Numbered from the stretch's first letter, positions 11,901 through 24,310 are shown. The stretch is 64,000 nt of DNA from Stegostoma tigrinum (GCF_030684315.1 NC_081377.1:33604001-33668000), one strand, 5' to 3'. Translations and numbers: made by a program. The notes: a model not told the origin generated them from the letters alone.

Positions 11901-14012
11901 AGATCATTGGTTGCTCTGGTGTCCCTATTAGCATGCCACAGCACACATCACATTCAGTACCTCTTCACACTGATGATCCGTACATCATCTCCAAAAATAT
12001 CTGATAGTGTTTTAGTATAGAAGTTATTCCAAAATACCTGCAAGTCCTGTGCATTGTTTCTTATACATTCAGCTGCAAGCAGAACATTTATTGGTGAGTG
12101 GGAGGCAAATACTGAATGAACCTGCCAAGTCCAGCTGTTTAAACAGAACATCAAATTAGCAGAAGAATGCGACCATCCACTATATTAAGATTTCCACATA
12201 TATTTGGATAGCCATTATATGTACAACTCAAAACATCAGCCTTCCATCCTCTTAAGAATTGTTCTCACCAGTCTGGCATGCTGTGATTATAGTGTGCTGT
12301 TCTTTGAAGATGGGCACTGTTTCTGCTCTTATTCCAAATAAGATTGTTGAGTTGAACATTGATTTGAATCTGACTTCTAATTGTTGTAAGGAAATAGTCT
12401 GTTTTAGTCTTCTGGATTATCGTTCTTAAGGAATTTTGTGAATTCAGCATACTTCTGCTGGGATTCCTGTTGTTTATGCAAATTAACCACCAGGTAAAGC
12501 ACCAGAAATTAAGCAGGATCTTAACACCAAAAGTTTATTAATATTCTTTGGCCTTATTTTTCAATTCCTTAATGCATGTGGTTTTAATTTTTTAAATTAC
12601 TGAAATATTTTCAAAACTGTAGAATCTTGAGGTAGAACTAAATGTTAATTATGCCTGATTTTAAGCATTTCTAAACTGTTATGTTTGAACTTATGAAATG
12701 TTATAATTATTGTATTTTGTCTACCTCATTCTCATCATTCTCTAACTTGCCAGACTGAGTACATCCAGCACTGAGCGAATGGACATTTCTTCCAATTAAC
12801 CCTTGAGCAGAGCACAGCCAATGTCTTTAGTTCTAATTAATGTCATTTTGAGCCACCATACCTATCCTTTCCAGGGCAGCTGTTTGATGCTGAGACTGCT
12901 GGCAAACGTGGTGTCATAGTCCAGGAGTAGCAGCCTGGAGTCTGCAATGAGTTGTCACTTTTAGAGCCAGGATCCAGGATGTTGCTGAGCAGCTGCTCAG
13001 CATTCTGAAAAGAGAGGGCTAACTGTCAGAAATTGTAGTTTGTGTTGGCCAACATAATTTAGGGAACCAGCAGACCTAAAAACCAGGATGGCAAAGGTTG
13101 TAATCACTAGATTAATTCTAGTGCCACATTAGTAAGTACATGAATAGGTGTTTAGAACAGATGAATTAGAGTAGGAGGGAGGGCTTTAGATTTCTGGAAT
13201 ATTGAATTGATTTTTGGGGGAACTGGGCATATATAGATCCCATTAGGTTGCACTAGGATAGGACCAACATTGCAGTAGATTTGCTCATGCAGTGGGATAC
13301 AGTGAGGGTACAATAGGGGAGTGATGCACAGCAAAGTATGGAAGAACCAATCAATTTAGGAGGCTGTCTGAATATGGTTATAATTAGGCACAAATGATTA
13401 CAGCAAGGCTGGATGGCATTTTATTTAATGTAAGGAGTCTGAGTGAGTCAGATGATTTGACGATATTAATTAACAAATGGGGATATGATATTGCCATCAG
13501 GGAGACATAGTTGAAGGAGGTATGGGTCTGGCAGCTCAATATTCTGGGGTGAGAGGATTTACTTGTGTTCTGGATGCAATTTGATTGGCCGCACTACTGG
13601 CCCTGAAGGAAAATACCCTTTATTCTTATACCTTTAGTTAAAGACAAAAGAAAGAAGAATTGGAACGCATTAACTCTGTTGCAAAACTTAACATTTTAGT
13701 AGATGATTTAATTACTAAGCAACTGTTCAAATATAATAACACCCCATAAACACAACATCGGTAAAGGCAAATTCAGTAAAATAAGATTGTTTTGCATGTA
13801 GTTCTAACAGCAGAAATAAAACCTGAACTTTTTAGCTTTAACAGATTGGAATAACAGCTACCAGATCTAGCTTCAAAACCCCAGCAATTGTTTTAGGTTA
13901 AACTAAAATCCTGGTTCTGTGGGAGCTTGACCTCACCCTCTTATGTTGCTTCTACTGTTCCAAATTTTTTTTTTAAAAATGCTATACTGGTTGGGAATAG
14001 GCTGTTTTTCTT

Positions 14013-14101
14013 AAGATTAGATTCCCTACAGTGTGGAAACAGGCCCTTCGGCCCAACAAGTCCACACTGCCTCTTGGAGCATCCCACCCACACCCATCCC
14101 T
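14013..14101 (-). mobile_element. HE1-type SINE/HER1 LINE 3' tail fragment
   Basis: Reverse of ..GGGCCGAAGGGCCTGTTTCCACACTGTAGGGAATCTAATCT. Confidence 0.7.
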
Positions 14102-14685
14102 CTGTCTCTACTTCTTTTCAAAAAATTAACCAGGATAACATGCACCACTTACAGCCATAGCATTGTCACACCGACAAATAGTGAATGTCTGGAATTCTCT
14201 ACCTTAGAGTTGTGGAGGCCATATCAGCAGAAGTATTTAAAGAGATGGTACGAGTGGTTCTGCTATAATGTGTTTAGTTAAGGCAAATTGCTGTAACGCA
14301 ATTGATGAATAGTGGACAGAATACTGCTTGGATAACATGAATTTGCTACTGTACAAGGAAAGCAATTTCTTTAATATGTGATTAAAGTCACACAAGAATG
14401 CAACTATCACACAATAGGAGAACTACCTGTAGTTTTCTTTAAATATCAGGGAGTTGATAACTCCTCTGTGCCAGCTCAGCACAGTTAAGGCCTGGGGCAG
14501 ATCAACCATGATCTTGTTGAATGAATGTGAGGGCATGATGGGCGAAATAACCTACTCCTGCACTTATTTCTTATCTGCCTTTCTCTCTTGGAAGGGTTTT
14601 CCTAGTTACTACAGGTTAGCCAGTTTAGGATTACACCATTTAAAGAAGTCTGAGTCAATTGAGGAGTGCCAGCATGAATTATAAC

Positions 14686-14824
14686 GAGATAATGGGAACT
14701 GCAAATGCTGGAGAATCCGAGTCAACAAAGTGTGGACCTGGATGAACACAGCAGGCCAAGCAGCATCTTGTGCTCCTAAGATGCTGCTTGGCCTGCTGTG
14801 TTCATCAGCTCCACACTTTGTTAT
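14686..14824. mobile_element. Fold-back Penelope-like terminal derivative
   Basis: Inverted arms around TTGTGCTCCTAAG; 12-bp TSD CATGAATTATAA at 14673-14684 and 14825-14836. Confidence 0.85.
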
Positions 14825-15007
14825 CATGAATTATAATGAAGTACATCATGCTTAACTAATGGAAATAACAAGTGATGGTTAAAAAAGATTTTTGTCTTAT
14901 TTCATTCATAGAATGTAGGTAATGCTGGCAGGGCCAACATTTATTACTATCACTATTTCCCAGAGAGCCATACATAGACCAGACCAATTAAGGACTATAG
15001 AAGGGAC

Positions 15008-15333
15008 GTGATGGCCTAGTGGTATTATTGCTGGACTGTTAATTCGGCAACCCACATTCAAATCCTGTCTTGGCAGATGGTGGAATTTGAATTCAATAAA
15101 TGTCTGGAATTAAGAATACAATGATGATTGTGAATCCATTATCAATTGTTGGAAAAACCCATCGGCTTCACTCATGTCCTTTTAGGGAAGTAAACTGTCA
15201 TCCGTACCTGGTCTGGCCGACAAGTGATTCCAGACCCACAGCCATGTGGCTGATTCTTAACTGCCCTCTGGGCAATTAGGCATGGGCAATAGCTGCTGCC
15301 TAACCTTTGACACCCTCATCCCATGAATGAATG
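15008..15333 (+). mobile_element. tRNA-derived SINE with LINE-shared tail
   Basis: A-box TGGCCTAGTGG and B-box-like TTCAAATCC; tail GGGCAATA..CCCATGAATGAAT; inverted relative at 24645-25080. Confidence 0.7.
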
Positions 15334-15356
15334 TAGAAAAAATTTCATTCCCAAGA

Positions 15357-15666
15357 GGGCACAGTGGTTAGCACTGCTGCCGACAGCGCCAGGGTCCCAG
15401 GTTTGATTCTACCCCTGGGAGACTGTCTGTATGGAGTTGACATGTTCTCCCCATGTCTGCGTGAGTTTCCTCCACAGTCCAAAGATGTACATGGTAGGTG
15501 GATTGGCCATGCTAAATTGTCCATAGTGCCCAGGGATGTTTAGGTTAGGTTTGTTAGATGTGGGAAATGCAGGGTTAGGGGAATGGGTGTGGGTGGGATG
15601 CTCTCTGGAGGGGTGGTGTGGACCTGTAGGACTGAATGGTCTGTTTCCACACTGTAGAGATTCTAT
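15357..15666 (+). mobile_element. HE1-type (V-SINE) elasmobranch SINE
   Basis: GGCACAGTGGTTAGCACTGCTGCC head, GAGTTGACATGTTCTCCCCATGTCTGCGTG V-domain-like core, CTGTTTCCACACTGTAG tail. Confidence 0.85.
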
Positions 15667-16220
15667 TGGCATTAATGAGCCAGACGTTGGTTGCAATGAA
15701 AACCAAAAGTCTGGTAAATCTGGTGACTTACCATTAGGCAGGTTCTTTATTCCAGGTTTTATTGGTTTGTTTTTTTTTTGTTTTTTCACCATCTGCTGTG
15801 GTGGGATTCAAACTATGTTCCCAGAACATTGGCCTAGGATTTTGGGTTGCTAATACAGCAACGTTATTCATAATCCACTGCCTCCCTATACAATAGATGT
15901 TGTCTATATGAACTTTAACAGACAATAAAAGACTGGTTAACAAAATTACAGCTACAGCATAGGAAGGTGAGGATCAGCAGAATCAAATAAAAAGGTTTAT
16001 GGCCAGAGAACAGTGAGTGTGGTATATGATTGTTTTTCAGATTGGAGAACAGTAGACAGTGGGTTTTTCAAAGCTCAGTACTAGAAGCATTGCCTTTTCA
16101 ATATATATAAATTACTTAAATATGGGAATATAAAGCGCAACTTCAAAATTTGCTGATGATGCCAAATTTGAAGTTGCATACAGTGACTGTAACGAAATGT
16201 CAAGTGGTTAGGTGTGATGA

Positions 16221-16390
16221 GAGATAATGGGAACTGCAGATGCTGGAGAATTCAAGATAACAAAGTGTGGAGCTGGATGAACATAGGCCAAGCCGCATCT
16301 TAGGAGCACAAAAGCTGATGTTTCGGGCCTAGACCCTTCATCAGAAAAGGGTCTAGGCCCGAAACGTCAGCCTTTGTGCTCCTGAGATGT
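16221..16390. mobile_element. Fold-back Penelope-like derivative with - strand hammerhead core
   Basis: Reverse strand CTGATGAAGGGTCTAGGCCCGAAACATC at 16317-16344; TSD TGGTTAGG(T/G)GTGATG at 16205-16219 and 16391-16405. Confidence 0.85.
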
Positions 16391-17195
16391 TGGTTAGGGG
16401 TGATGTCAGGTTGGAGAAGCTGGTTTTTCTCCTTACAGTAATGGAGATTGAGGCGAAACATACAACATTATGACTGGTTTATGTAAAGTTGAAAATAAAA
16501 CCCCTTCCTGTTCGCTCTGATACAAGGACTAAAGGATGCAGATTTAAGGCTTTGAACAAGAGGTGCAAAGGGGATGACAGGAACAAAAATGTTAGATTGT
16601 ACTATTGTGAAGCACCAACAGTATTCTTCACCTGAAATTGGAATAGCGAATCCTATGGGAATAAAGTCACTAGATGGGTTATTGGGGAAATAGCCATTAC
16701 CACTCGATTTTCGTTGCTGACAATTTGCTGATTGATTCAGACCTCTAGCTGCATGGGATCAACATGTTGAATGGCCATTATGAAGCAATCGGTTGTTATT
16801 TGTGAGCCTCACAGAATTGGAGATTTTGGGTGTAAAATGGAATTATTTGGAGATCTAAGCTCAAAACAATGAAGGATATAAAAGTGGAAGAGCACCTTCT
16901 AAATTATTACCTATACTCATACATTTTTAGTCTGCGATGGTACCAGACCCTTCTTTATAACATATCTCATGCTTCCAATACTTGCTGTAATTTTCCTTCA
17001 ATAATTTCCAAATAGGTACAGTAAATCTCAAAGTGGGAAATGGGTCAATATGTTTCATCTCTGGTTTCAGGTGCAGGAAAAGTGTTTGTATGAAGGGATT
17101 ATTTGTTTCTCAGTGTAGAGTATTTTGTTGCAGTCTCATGGTGCTAAAGCATTACGACTTAATCATGCAAATACATCCCATAATGGTTACACCCC

Positions 17196-17395
17196 CCCCC
17201 CCCCCCAACAGCCCAGAGATGTGTGGGTTAGGTGGATGGGCCATGCTAAATTGCCCGTAGTGTTCAGGGATGTTTAGGTTAGGTGGGTTAGACACGGGAA
17301 ATGCAGGGATAGGGGAATGGCTCTGGGTGGGATGCTCTTCAGAAGGGCAGTGTTGGGCCAAATGGCCTGTTTCCACACTGCAGGGATTCCATGAA
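17196..17395 (+). mobile_element. 5'-truncated HE1-type SINE
   Basis: Matches the 3' half of 15357-15666. Confidence 0.8.
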
Positions 17396-19559
17396 ATTCT
17401 ATGTGCAAAAGCTATAACAGCCGTACAGATCAAGCACACCCATCTCGGAGTCAGCGGGCCAGACTTGAAGTCCAACCTGCTCCATGGGTGTGTCATAACA
17501 TCATTAAATTATTTATAAAATAAAGGGGATCAAGTGGAGAAAGGGGCTGATAGATTACTTACAGAACTGACATGGACTCATTGTATTGAATGGTTGTTTT
17601 CTGTGCTATAATGAATCAGTGATTCGTACAGTATCAGCATTTTATTTGTGGACGGATTCTAAACTGAGGTTCTCAATCAGACATAAGATTTGAACCTCTA
17701 TTCTCTGGATACATCACCAGACATCTCAATTGAAAGTCTAGGCTTCTGGATGTCATAAAAAACTATGCTACTATACCTGGATTGTGCAGTATCCTATTTC
17801 ATGATCCTGTATTTTATCTACAATGGGAGCTGTTTATTCAGTTTTGTTAAAAGCAGTCATTTTGTATGGAAATCTGCTAACATCAGACATTTTGTGCTGA
17901 CCCAATACATATAGTAGGATACTATTTGTATGCCTCTTATCAGCTGGTTGTTTGTAACATTTTTTTGTTGAGTAGTTTACACAGATTTCAATTCCAGTTT
18001 CTCAACTGTAAACTACACAAGTACGGATATATCTTGGTTTTCTGGTGATTGTGGGCAACAATTTGTTTTAAAGGCCATGGAGGTCTACAGCACAGATCAT
18101 TTCCCTTTGGCCCATTGTCTGTATGAGGCAAAAACAAGCTCTCAACCATTCTAATTCCATTTTCCAGCACTTGGCCCATAGCCGCCTTTGCTTTGGCATC
18201 ACATCTAAATACTTTCTTTCATGCACATCTAAATACTTTCTTAGAGACAGGAACCCTCATCATCTCGATCATTCTTGCATTGTATCTCCTCACAATTTTT
18301 AACTCTTCTCAAGTACTTATCCACAAGATAATAAATATTTTTATATAGATTGTCTGAAGGGACTGAAAATAATTGGAGATTCAAATGTTTTGAGGAAGCA
18401 AGAAATATTGTGAGTCAAGCATGACATTAAATATTCCAGATTGAGGGGCTGTTACAGCTCAAACTATGGTGAATATTGCTTCGCTTTCTGCCATCCTTCA
18501 CTTCTTATGAATTGAGATGTTGATGTACCATCTGGCTCTGTTACCCAATAAAGTCCATTCACATTTGAGGGCCAAAAGAATGCAACCAATGGCTAAAGTC
18601 CAATCCTACCCCCAAAACTAAAGTCACACTCAATACTTTTTCTTCCACTATGGGGATTAGGCAATCACCATTAGAAAGAAATCCTGCTTGATTTTTCCAT
18701 TTCGTAAAACCAAGATGGTGCAGCCTATTGATTACTGTACTCCTGCTAAGATTAGGCAATTTAGAATAAACTTCGAATTGAACCAGCATCTCTTTTACTC
18801 TGTGCCATAATACAACAACTTTGAATAGTACAGATATTACGAAACTAACAGGGCCTGTAACTTTAAGACTATTACATGGTATGACAATATAACATTCAAG
18901 TATAAAGGGATCTGTTTTGCTTCAGTTGCTCTCTCAATATAATGGAGTCAACAGTCTTCTGTCAATCAGCTTTTATGTCTGTAATTTGCACTACCTTCTC
19001 AAGGCAAACTAGGGGCAGGCAATAGATACTAGCTAGCCAATGATTCCTATGTCCCACGGGTGAATATGTTTAAAAAATAAGAACAGTAATCACAGAAACC
19101 AGAATGGGTGTGAAATTTGGTATTTTAAATTCCAAAATACTTGAATCAATGAAACTTGATTCTCTGTGGTATGTTGCATGGGTTAACACATAGAAAACTA
19201 CAAATTGCATCATGATAGGAGCAAGTAGTCATGAAAAGCTATTTTTGACAGCTGGGCAATTGTAGTAAGTAGATGTAAAAGAATTACATGGTGACAGTGG
19301 TGTAAAATGTCTTTTTCTTAACAGTCATCAATCTATTCAAGTTTACAATTGAAGTTATAATGAGAAACTAGACTAAAGTGATTCAACCAAAACTAAAAAG
19401 GTTATAAATCAGAAGCACAGTGAGTACTTTATATATCTCTCACTTTCAAAGAAATTGGCAATTTACAAGAGTCCAAGGACAGCTCCAATGTAAGAAATGG
19501 CTTTTAAATAGTGCTAAAAGGATAAACTAATTATCACATTAAAAAGAAAACAGTAACAA

Positions 19560-19930
19560 AAACAACCTTCAATCCATTGACTCCAGCGCGACTTCCCACT
19601 AGCTTGGGAAAGCAACCAACACAATCAAAGACCCCTTCCACCTTGATTACACTTTCTTCCAACGTCTTCCTTCAGGCAGAAAATATAAAAGTTTGATTAC
19701 ACGTACGAACAGATTCAAGAATATCTTCTTCCCTGCTGTTATCAGACTTTTGAATGAACCTCTCAAATGTTAAGTCTGATCTCTCTCTGCACTTTCTCTG
19801 CAGCTCTAACACTATTTTGCACTCTGTTCTGCTACCCTGATGCACTTTGTATGGTACGATCTGCCTGTACAGCAAGTGAAACACTTTTCACTGTCCTTGG
19901 GTACATATGACAACAATAAATCAAACTCAA
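19560..19930 (+). mobile_element. LINE 3' end (Rex1/Babar-like by appearance)
   Basis: ..RTNRFKNIFFPAVIRLLNE.. ORF end, then a 3'UTR ending AATAAATCAAACTCAA; related - strand tail at about 52140-52280. Confidence 0.5.
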
Positions 19931-20554
19931 CCAATAAAACAAAAAGGTATACCTATTCACAATCATTGGTTGAATTTGTCATCTTGCTCCTCAGAAAAGA
20001 CATGATGACGAGGAGGAAGAACATGCATGACATTAGACCTCTTTGTTTTGGCATGAACATCACTTTACAGTCCTGCAAATTTTGTAAAGGCAGCAACTTT
20101 AATAATAATAGCAGTGAAGCCAACAAAAAAAACCCATACTGTACTGCAATACTGATTACTACACTAATATTTGAAAGAGCAAAGAGAAGGAAAACAAACA
20201 TCTAGCCATGGAATGGCAATCTAGCAACATTCTTTCATAACCTTGTTTGTTCAAGTTAAGAATCAAATTTTATCTTGTGGATCAGCAGATATCTGAGGTA
20301 GAACAACAAGCAAAGTTCTACATATTGATGGGTTGAGAAGAATAAAATCCTCCAGTATTTCCGATGATGGCCACAAAGAACTTGACAATATTTTTTTCAG
20401 ATTTTAGACATTAGACTTAAAGTTCAAGTCAATTTCAACAAACACAGGCTTGAATCCATGTCATACCAGCAAGAGTTCGGTGAAATTGTCAACGGATTCA
20501 TAGGTGGGTAGTTGTATAAAGGTAAAGGATGTGATTTCACAGAAGCTTTTAACA

Positions 20555-22750
20555 GCAGGTGTTGCTGGCTGGGCCAACATTTATTGTCTGTTCCTAGCTG
20601 CCCTTGACAAAATGATGGTGAAGCTGCCTATTTGAACTGCTGCAGTCATTGTGTTGTATTTAGGCCCATAATGCCCTTCAGAAGGGAGGTCCGGGATTTT
20701 GACACCACGATGTGAAGAGGATGGTGGTATATTTCCAAGTCACGATGATGAGTGACTTGGAAGGGCATTTGTGGGTGTTGGTGTTTTCCATCTACTATGG
20801 CCCATGTCCTTCAAAATTAAAGTGGTCATGGGTTTGGAAGATGCTGCCTTCGGCTCTTTGGTGAATTTCTGCAGTGCATCTTATAGTACGTGCTGCTGCT
20901 GCTGATAGTTGAGTTATGGAATATTTATGGATGTGATGCCAGTCAACTGGGTTACCATGTATTGAATAGTGTCAAATTTCTTGAGATTTGTTGGGAGCTG
21001 ACTTACCCAGGCAAGTTGAGAGAATTCCATCACAGTCCTGCCTTGTGGACAGTCTTTGAGGCGATGGTGTGTTACTCGTCATGGTATTCCTACTCTCTGA
21101 CCCTCTTTGCAGTCACTGTATTTATATGGCTAGTCCCATTCAGTTTCTGGTCTATGCTAAGTCCCAGAATGTTGATAATGGGGTATTCAGTGATGGTAAT
21201 GCCTTTGAATGTCAAGGGCGATGGTTGAATTGTCTCTAACTGGAGTTAGTCATTGCCTGTCATTTGTATGATGTGAATGTTACTTGTCAGCCCAAGTCTG
21301 ATAGTGTCCAGATCTTGCTGCATTTGAGTATGGACTGCTTCAGTATCTGAGGAGTTGCAAATAGTGCTGAATATTGTGCAATCATCAGTGAACATTCCTA
21401 CTTCTGACTAACAGAAGGAAGATCATTGATAAAGCTGCTTGAAGATACTTGGGAAAAAGGTACTACAATGAAGTACTCCTGCAGAGATATTTGGGAGCTA
21501 AGAAGACTGACGTCCATGAAGCACAAACATCTTCCTATGTGTCAGGTATGGGTCCTACCATCAAATAGTTTTCCTCCCTTATTCCCATTAACTCCAGTTT
21601 TGCTACGACTCCTTGATGTCACACCCTGTCAAATGTGGCTTTGATGTCAAGGGCTGTCATTCTTACCTCACCTCGGGAATTCAGCTCTTTTGTCCACATT
21701 TGAACCAAGGCAGAGCTGAGTGGCCCTGGCAGATCCTAAACTTGGTGTCAGTGAACAGGTTATTGCTAAGCTGGTGCTACTTGTCATCTGGCATCAATTT
21801 ACTGATGACAGATTAGAACTAATGGGGCAGTAAATGTCCACTTTGGATTGGTCCTGCTTTTCGTGTACAGGACACACCTGGGCAATTTTCCATGTTGACT
21901 GGTAAATGCTTGTGCTGTACTGAAGCAGCTTGGCTGGAGGTGTGGCAAGATCTGGAACACAAGACTTTAGTGCTACTACCTCAATATCGTCAGTGCCTAC
22001 ACTTTTTGCAGCATCCAGTGCCTCTAGCCGTTTCTTTATATTATGTGGAGTAAATTGAATTGGCTGAAGACTGGCATTTTTTAAATTCATCCATGGATAT
22101 GGGCATCGTGGGCTGGGCTAGCACATATTGACCATCCCTAATTGCCCTTGGTGGTCTGCCTTTTTTTAACCACTACAGTCCATGTGCTGTGAGTAAACCC
22201 ATAATGCCATTGGGAAGGTACTTCCAAGATTTTGACCAAGCATCGCAAAGGAAGGGTGATATATTTGCGAGTCCTGAGGTTGTGTAGTTTGGAAGACAAC
22301 TTGTAGTTGGTGGTGTTTTACTGCATTCTTCGAAATGGAACTGGTAGTGATTTTGAAAGGTGCAGTCCAAGGGGTTTTGGTGAATTTCTAAATGTTACAG
22401 ATGGTGCACACTCTTGCTACCATATACTGATGGTAGAGGGAGTGAATGTTTGTGGATGTGGTGCCAAGCAAGTAAGCGGTTCATCCTAGATACTGTCAAA
22501 GCTTCTTCAGCACTGTTGGAACTGCACTCATCCAGGCAAGTGGGGAATATTCCATTAAACCTCTGACTTGCACCTTGTAGATGGTGGACAGGTGTTGAGG
22601 AGTCAGGAGGTGATTTACTCATTGAAGATTCCTTGCCTCGGGCCTGTACTTGTAGCCACAGTATTCATATGGCTACTCCAGTTCAATGGTAATCCCCAGG
22701 ATATTAATAGAAGAGAAGGAGTGATGGTAATGCCATTGGATGTCAATAGG
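20555..22750 (-). mobile_element. Two adjacent decayed CR1/L2-clade LINE copies
   Basis: RT remnant LEALDAAKSVGTDDI..WKIAQVCPVHEKQD..YCPIS (ORF 21794..22090); 3' tails near 20555-20590 and 22085-22145. Confidence 0.8.
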
Positions 22751-23025
22751 CAAAAGTTCTATGACTCTGGGACCTCTGGTGGAGGCAGAGATGAATCATC
22801 CCTTCAGCACTCTGGCTAACTCAGCTGAAAAGGTTTTCAAAACTGCTTCCTGCTGCTACACCAATTATTTCCTTCAGAAAAGTGCTTAATAATAACACAA
22901 AGAATATACCATTTTCATGTGCCAGAAGAAGTATGTAAATTCAATGCAATTGTAACAGGCCAACAGCATCTGAAGTTGCTTGATTCTGGAACAATTACTG
23001 CGTCAATCAATAGTTTTAGCAGGAC

Positions 23026-23326
23026 ATCTGTGCTGTATATTTCTATGGTTCTACCTTATCAAGCTGTATTGATATTGAATCTAAGATAATGAAATGTGAG
23101 GCTGGATGAACACAGCAGGCCCAGCAGCATCTCAGGAGCACAAAAGCTGATGTTTCGGGCCTAGACCCTTCATCAGAGAGCTAGGGTCTAGGCCCGAAAC
23201 GTCAGCTTTTGTGCTCCTGAGATGCTGCTGGGTCTGCTGTGTTCATCCAGCCTCACATTTCATTATCTTAGATTCAATATCAATACAGCTTGATAAGGTA
23301 GAATCATAGAAATATACAGCACAGAT
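23026..23326. repeat. Near-perfect 300-bp palindrome centred on a fold-back Penelope-like derivative
   Basis: Arms of about 145 bp with a few mismatches; include about 55 bp of non-element flank in inverted orientation. Confidence 0.92.
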
Positions 23327-23665
23327 CAGTCCAACTCATCCATGTCGACCTGATATCCTAAATAAATCTAGTCGTATTTGCCAGCATTTGGCCTAAATCT
23401 GTTTAAACCCTTCCTATTTAAATACCCACCCAAGTGCATTTTAAATGTTGTAAATGTACCAACTTCCACCACTTCGTCTGACAGTTCATTCCATACACAC
23501 ACCACCCTCCATGTGAAAAAGTTGCCCCTTAGGTCCCTTTTAAATTTTTCTCCTCTCATCTTAAACCTATGCTTTCAAGTTTTAGACTCCCCCCACCCTG
23601 GGGAGAAGACCTTGACTATTCACACTATTCATGCCCCTCATGATTTTATAAACCTCTGTATGGTC
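23300..23665 (-). mobile_element. CR1/HER1-type LINE 3' end
   Basis: ORF 23368..23559 RGEKFKRDLRGNFFTWRVVCVWNELSDEVVE.., the typical CR1 ORF2 C-terminus. Confidence 0.85.
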
Positions 23666-23666
23666 A

Positions 23667-24310
23667 CCACACACACACACACACACACACTCTCTCTCTC
23701 TCTCTCTCTCTCCCACCTCCCCCCCACCCCTCTCACACACATACATACACTCTCTGTCTTCTTTACATGCCCAGAAACATACACGTAAACATACGGGGTG
23801 AATTTGTATTTAAAGATACGTTCTATTTTGTTCAAAAAGCACACAATTTGTAGACACTTAGTAAATGTGGCATTTTACAAACTCCTACTTTAAAAACAAA
23901 AAACAGTCTGACTCTAATCCAAAACATAAACAGATTCTAAATAAGGCCTCACACCTAACATACATTGACCTAAAATGTCACCTCTTTACACTGATAAAAC
24001 CTTTAGTTTTCTCAAAACAGTGGTTTGAAAGAAATTTGGGGATTTACATATACATATTAATCAATCAAAATCTTCTAACTGATTAAAGATTTAACAGCAT
24101 CTTAGGTTTGTTTAATACATCCTCATCAGTTGATTGACCCTTTGATCTTTTACTTATAAATTCTGTGTCTGATGCCACCTGTCTCACTAACACCCGGAAA
24201 AGGAGCGAGTCTCTGAAAGTTGTGGTCTCAAATAAATCTGTCAAACTATAACCTGGTGTTGTGTGATTTCTGACCTTGTCCACCCCAGTCCAACACCAGC
24301 ACCTCCACAT
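23667..24310 (+). mobile_element. (CA)n(CT)n microsatellite plus 3' terminal repeat of a second Penelope-like family
   Basis: Ends ..AAATAAATCTGTCAAACTATAACCTGGTGTTGTGTGATTTCTGACCTTGTCCACCCCAGTCCAACACCAGCACCTCCACAT; preceded by a degenerate hammerhead-like CCCGGAAAAGGAGCGAGTCTCTGAAAG. Confidence 0.5.

Larger units (their letters stand above)
10505..17143 (-). pseudogene. Divergent mucolipin/TRPML-like (group 2 TRP) channel gene relic, multi-exon, with stops and frameshifts
   Basis: GT-AG exons 17143-16911, 13004-12862, 12466-12269, 12134-11961 and 11873-about 11570; the middle three splice in frame without stops. Collinear TRPML-like motifs: (stop)ETNNPFIQTLFL; IQINVQLNNL...MPDCWTWQVHSVF; IPWQDRKFSAWSLM; RAIYQGLPIPAHFLL; YHTLSRAALSAM..VMLPLFE; SWVQLLFILVGQTLIIFQLYEK. 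Possible further 5' exons near 18560-18745 and 19953-20072. Confidence 0.6.

Noticed and set aside
12983-13002. Perfect 20-bp palindrome TGCTGAGCAGCTGCTCAGCA as a MARE/E-box enhancer
   Set aside because: Lies inside the minus-strand exon (codons AEQLLS); one such palindrome in 64 kb is not far beyond chance
15357-15420. tRNA gene
   Set aside because: The tRNA-like A/B boxes are the head of a SINE that continues into core and LINE-derived tail
17110-17112. In-frame TGA in the channel-like exon as selenocysteine or readthrough
   Set aside because: It aligns with an Arg (CGA to TGA decay is simpler), and other stops and frameshifts occur in the same model
18199-18242. Short direct repeat CACATCTAAATACTTTCTT x2
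   Set aside because: Simple local duplication inside a decayed LINE tail, with no evident function
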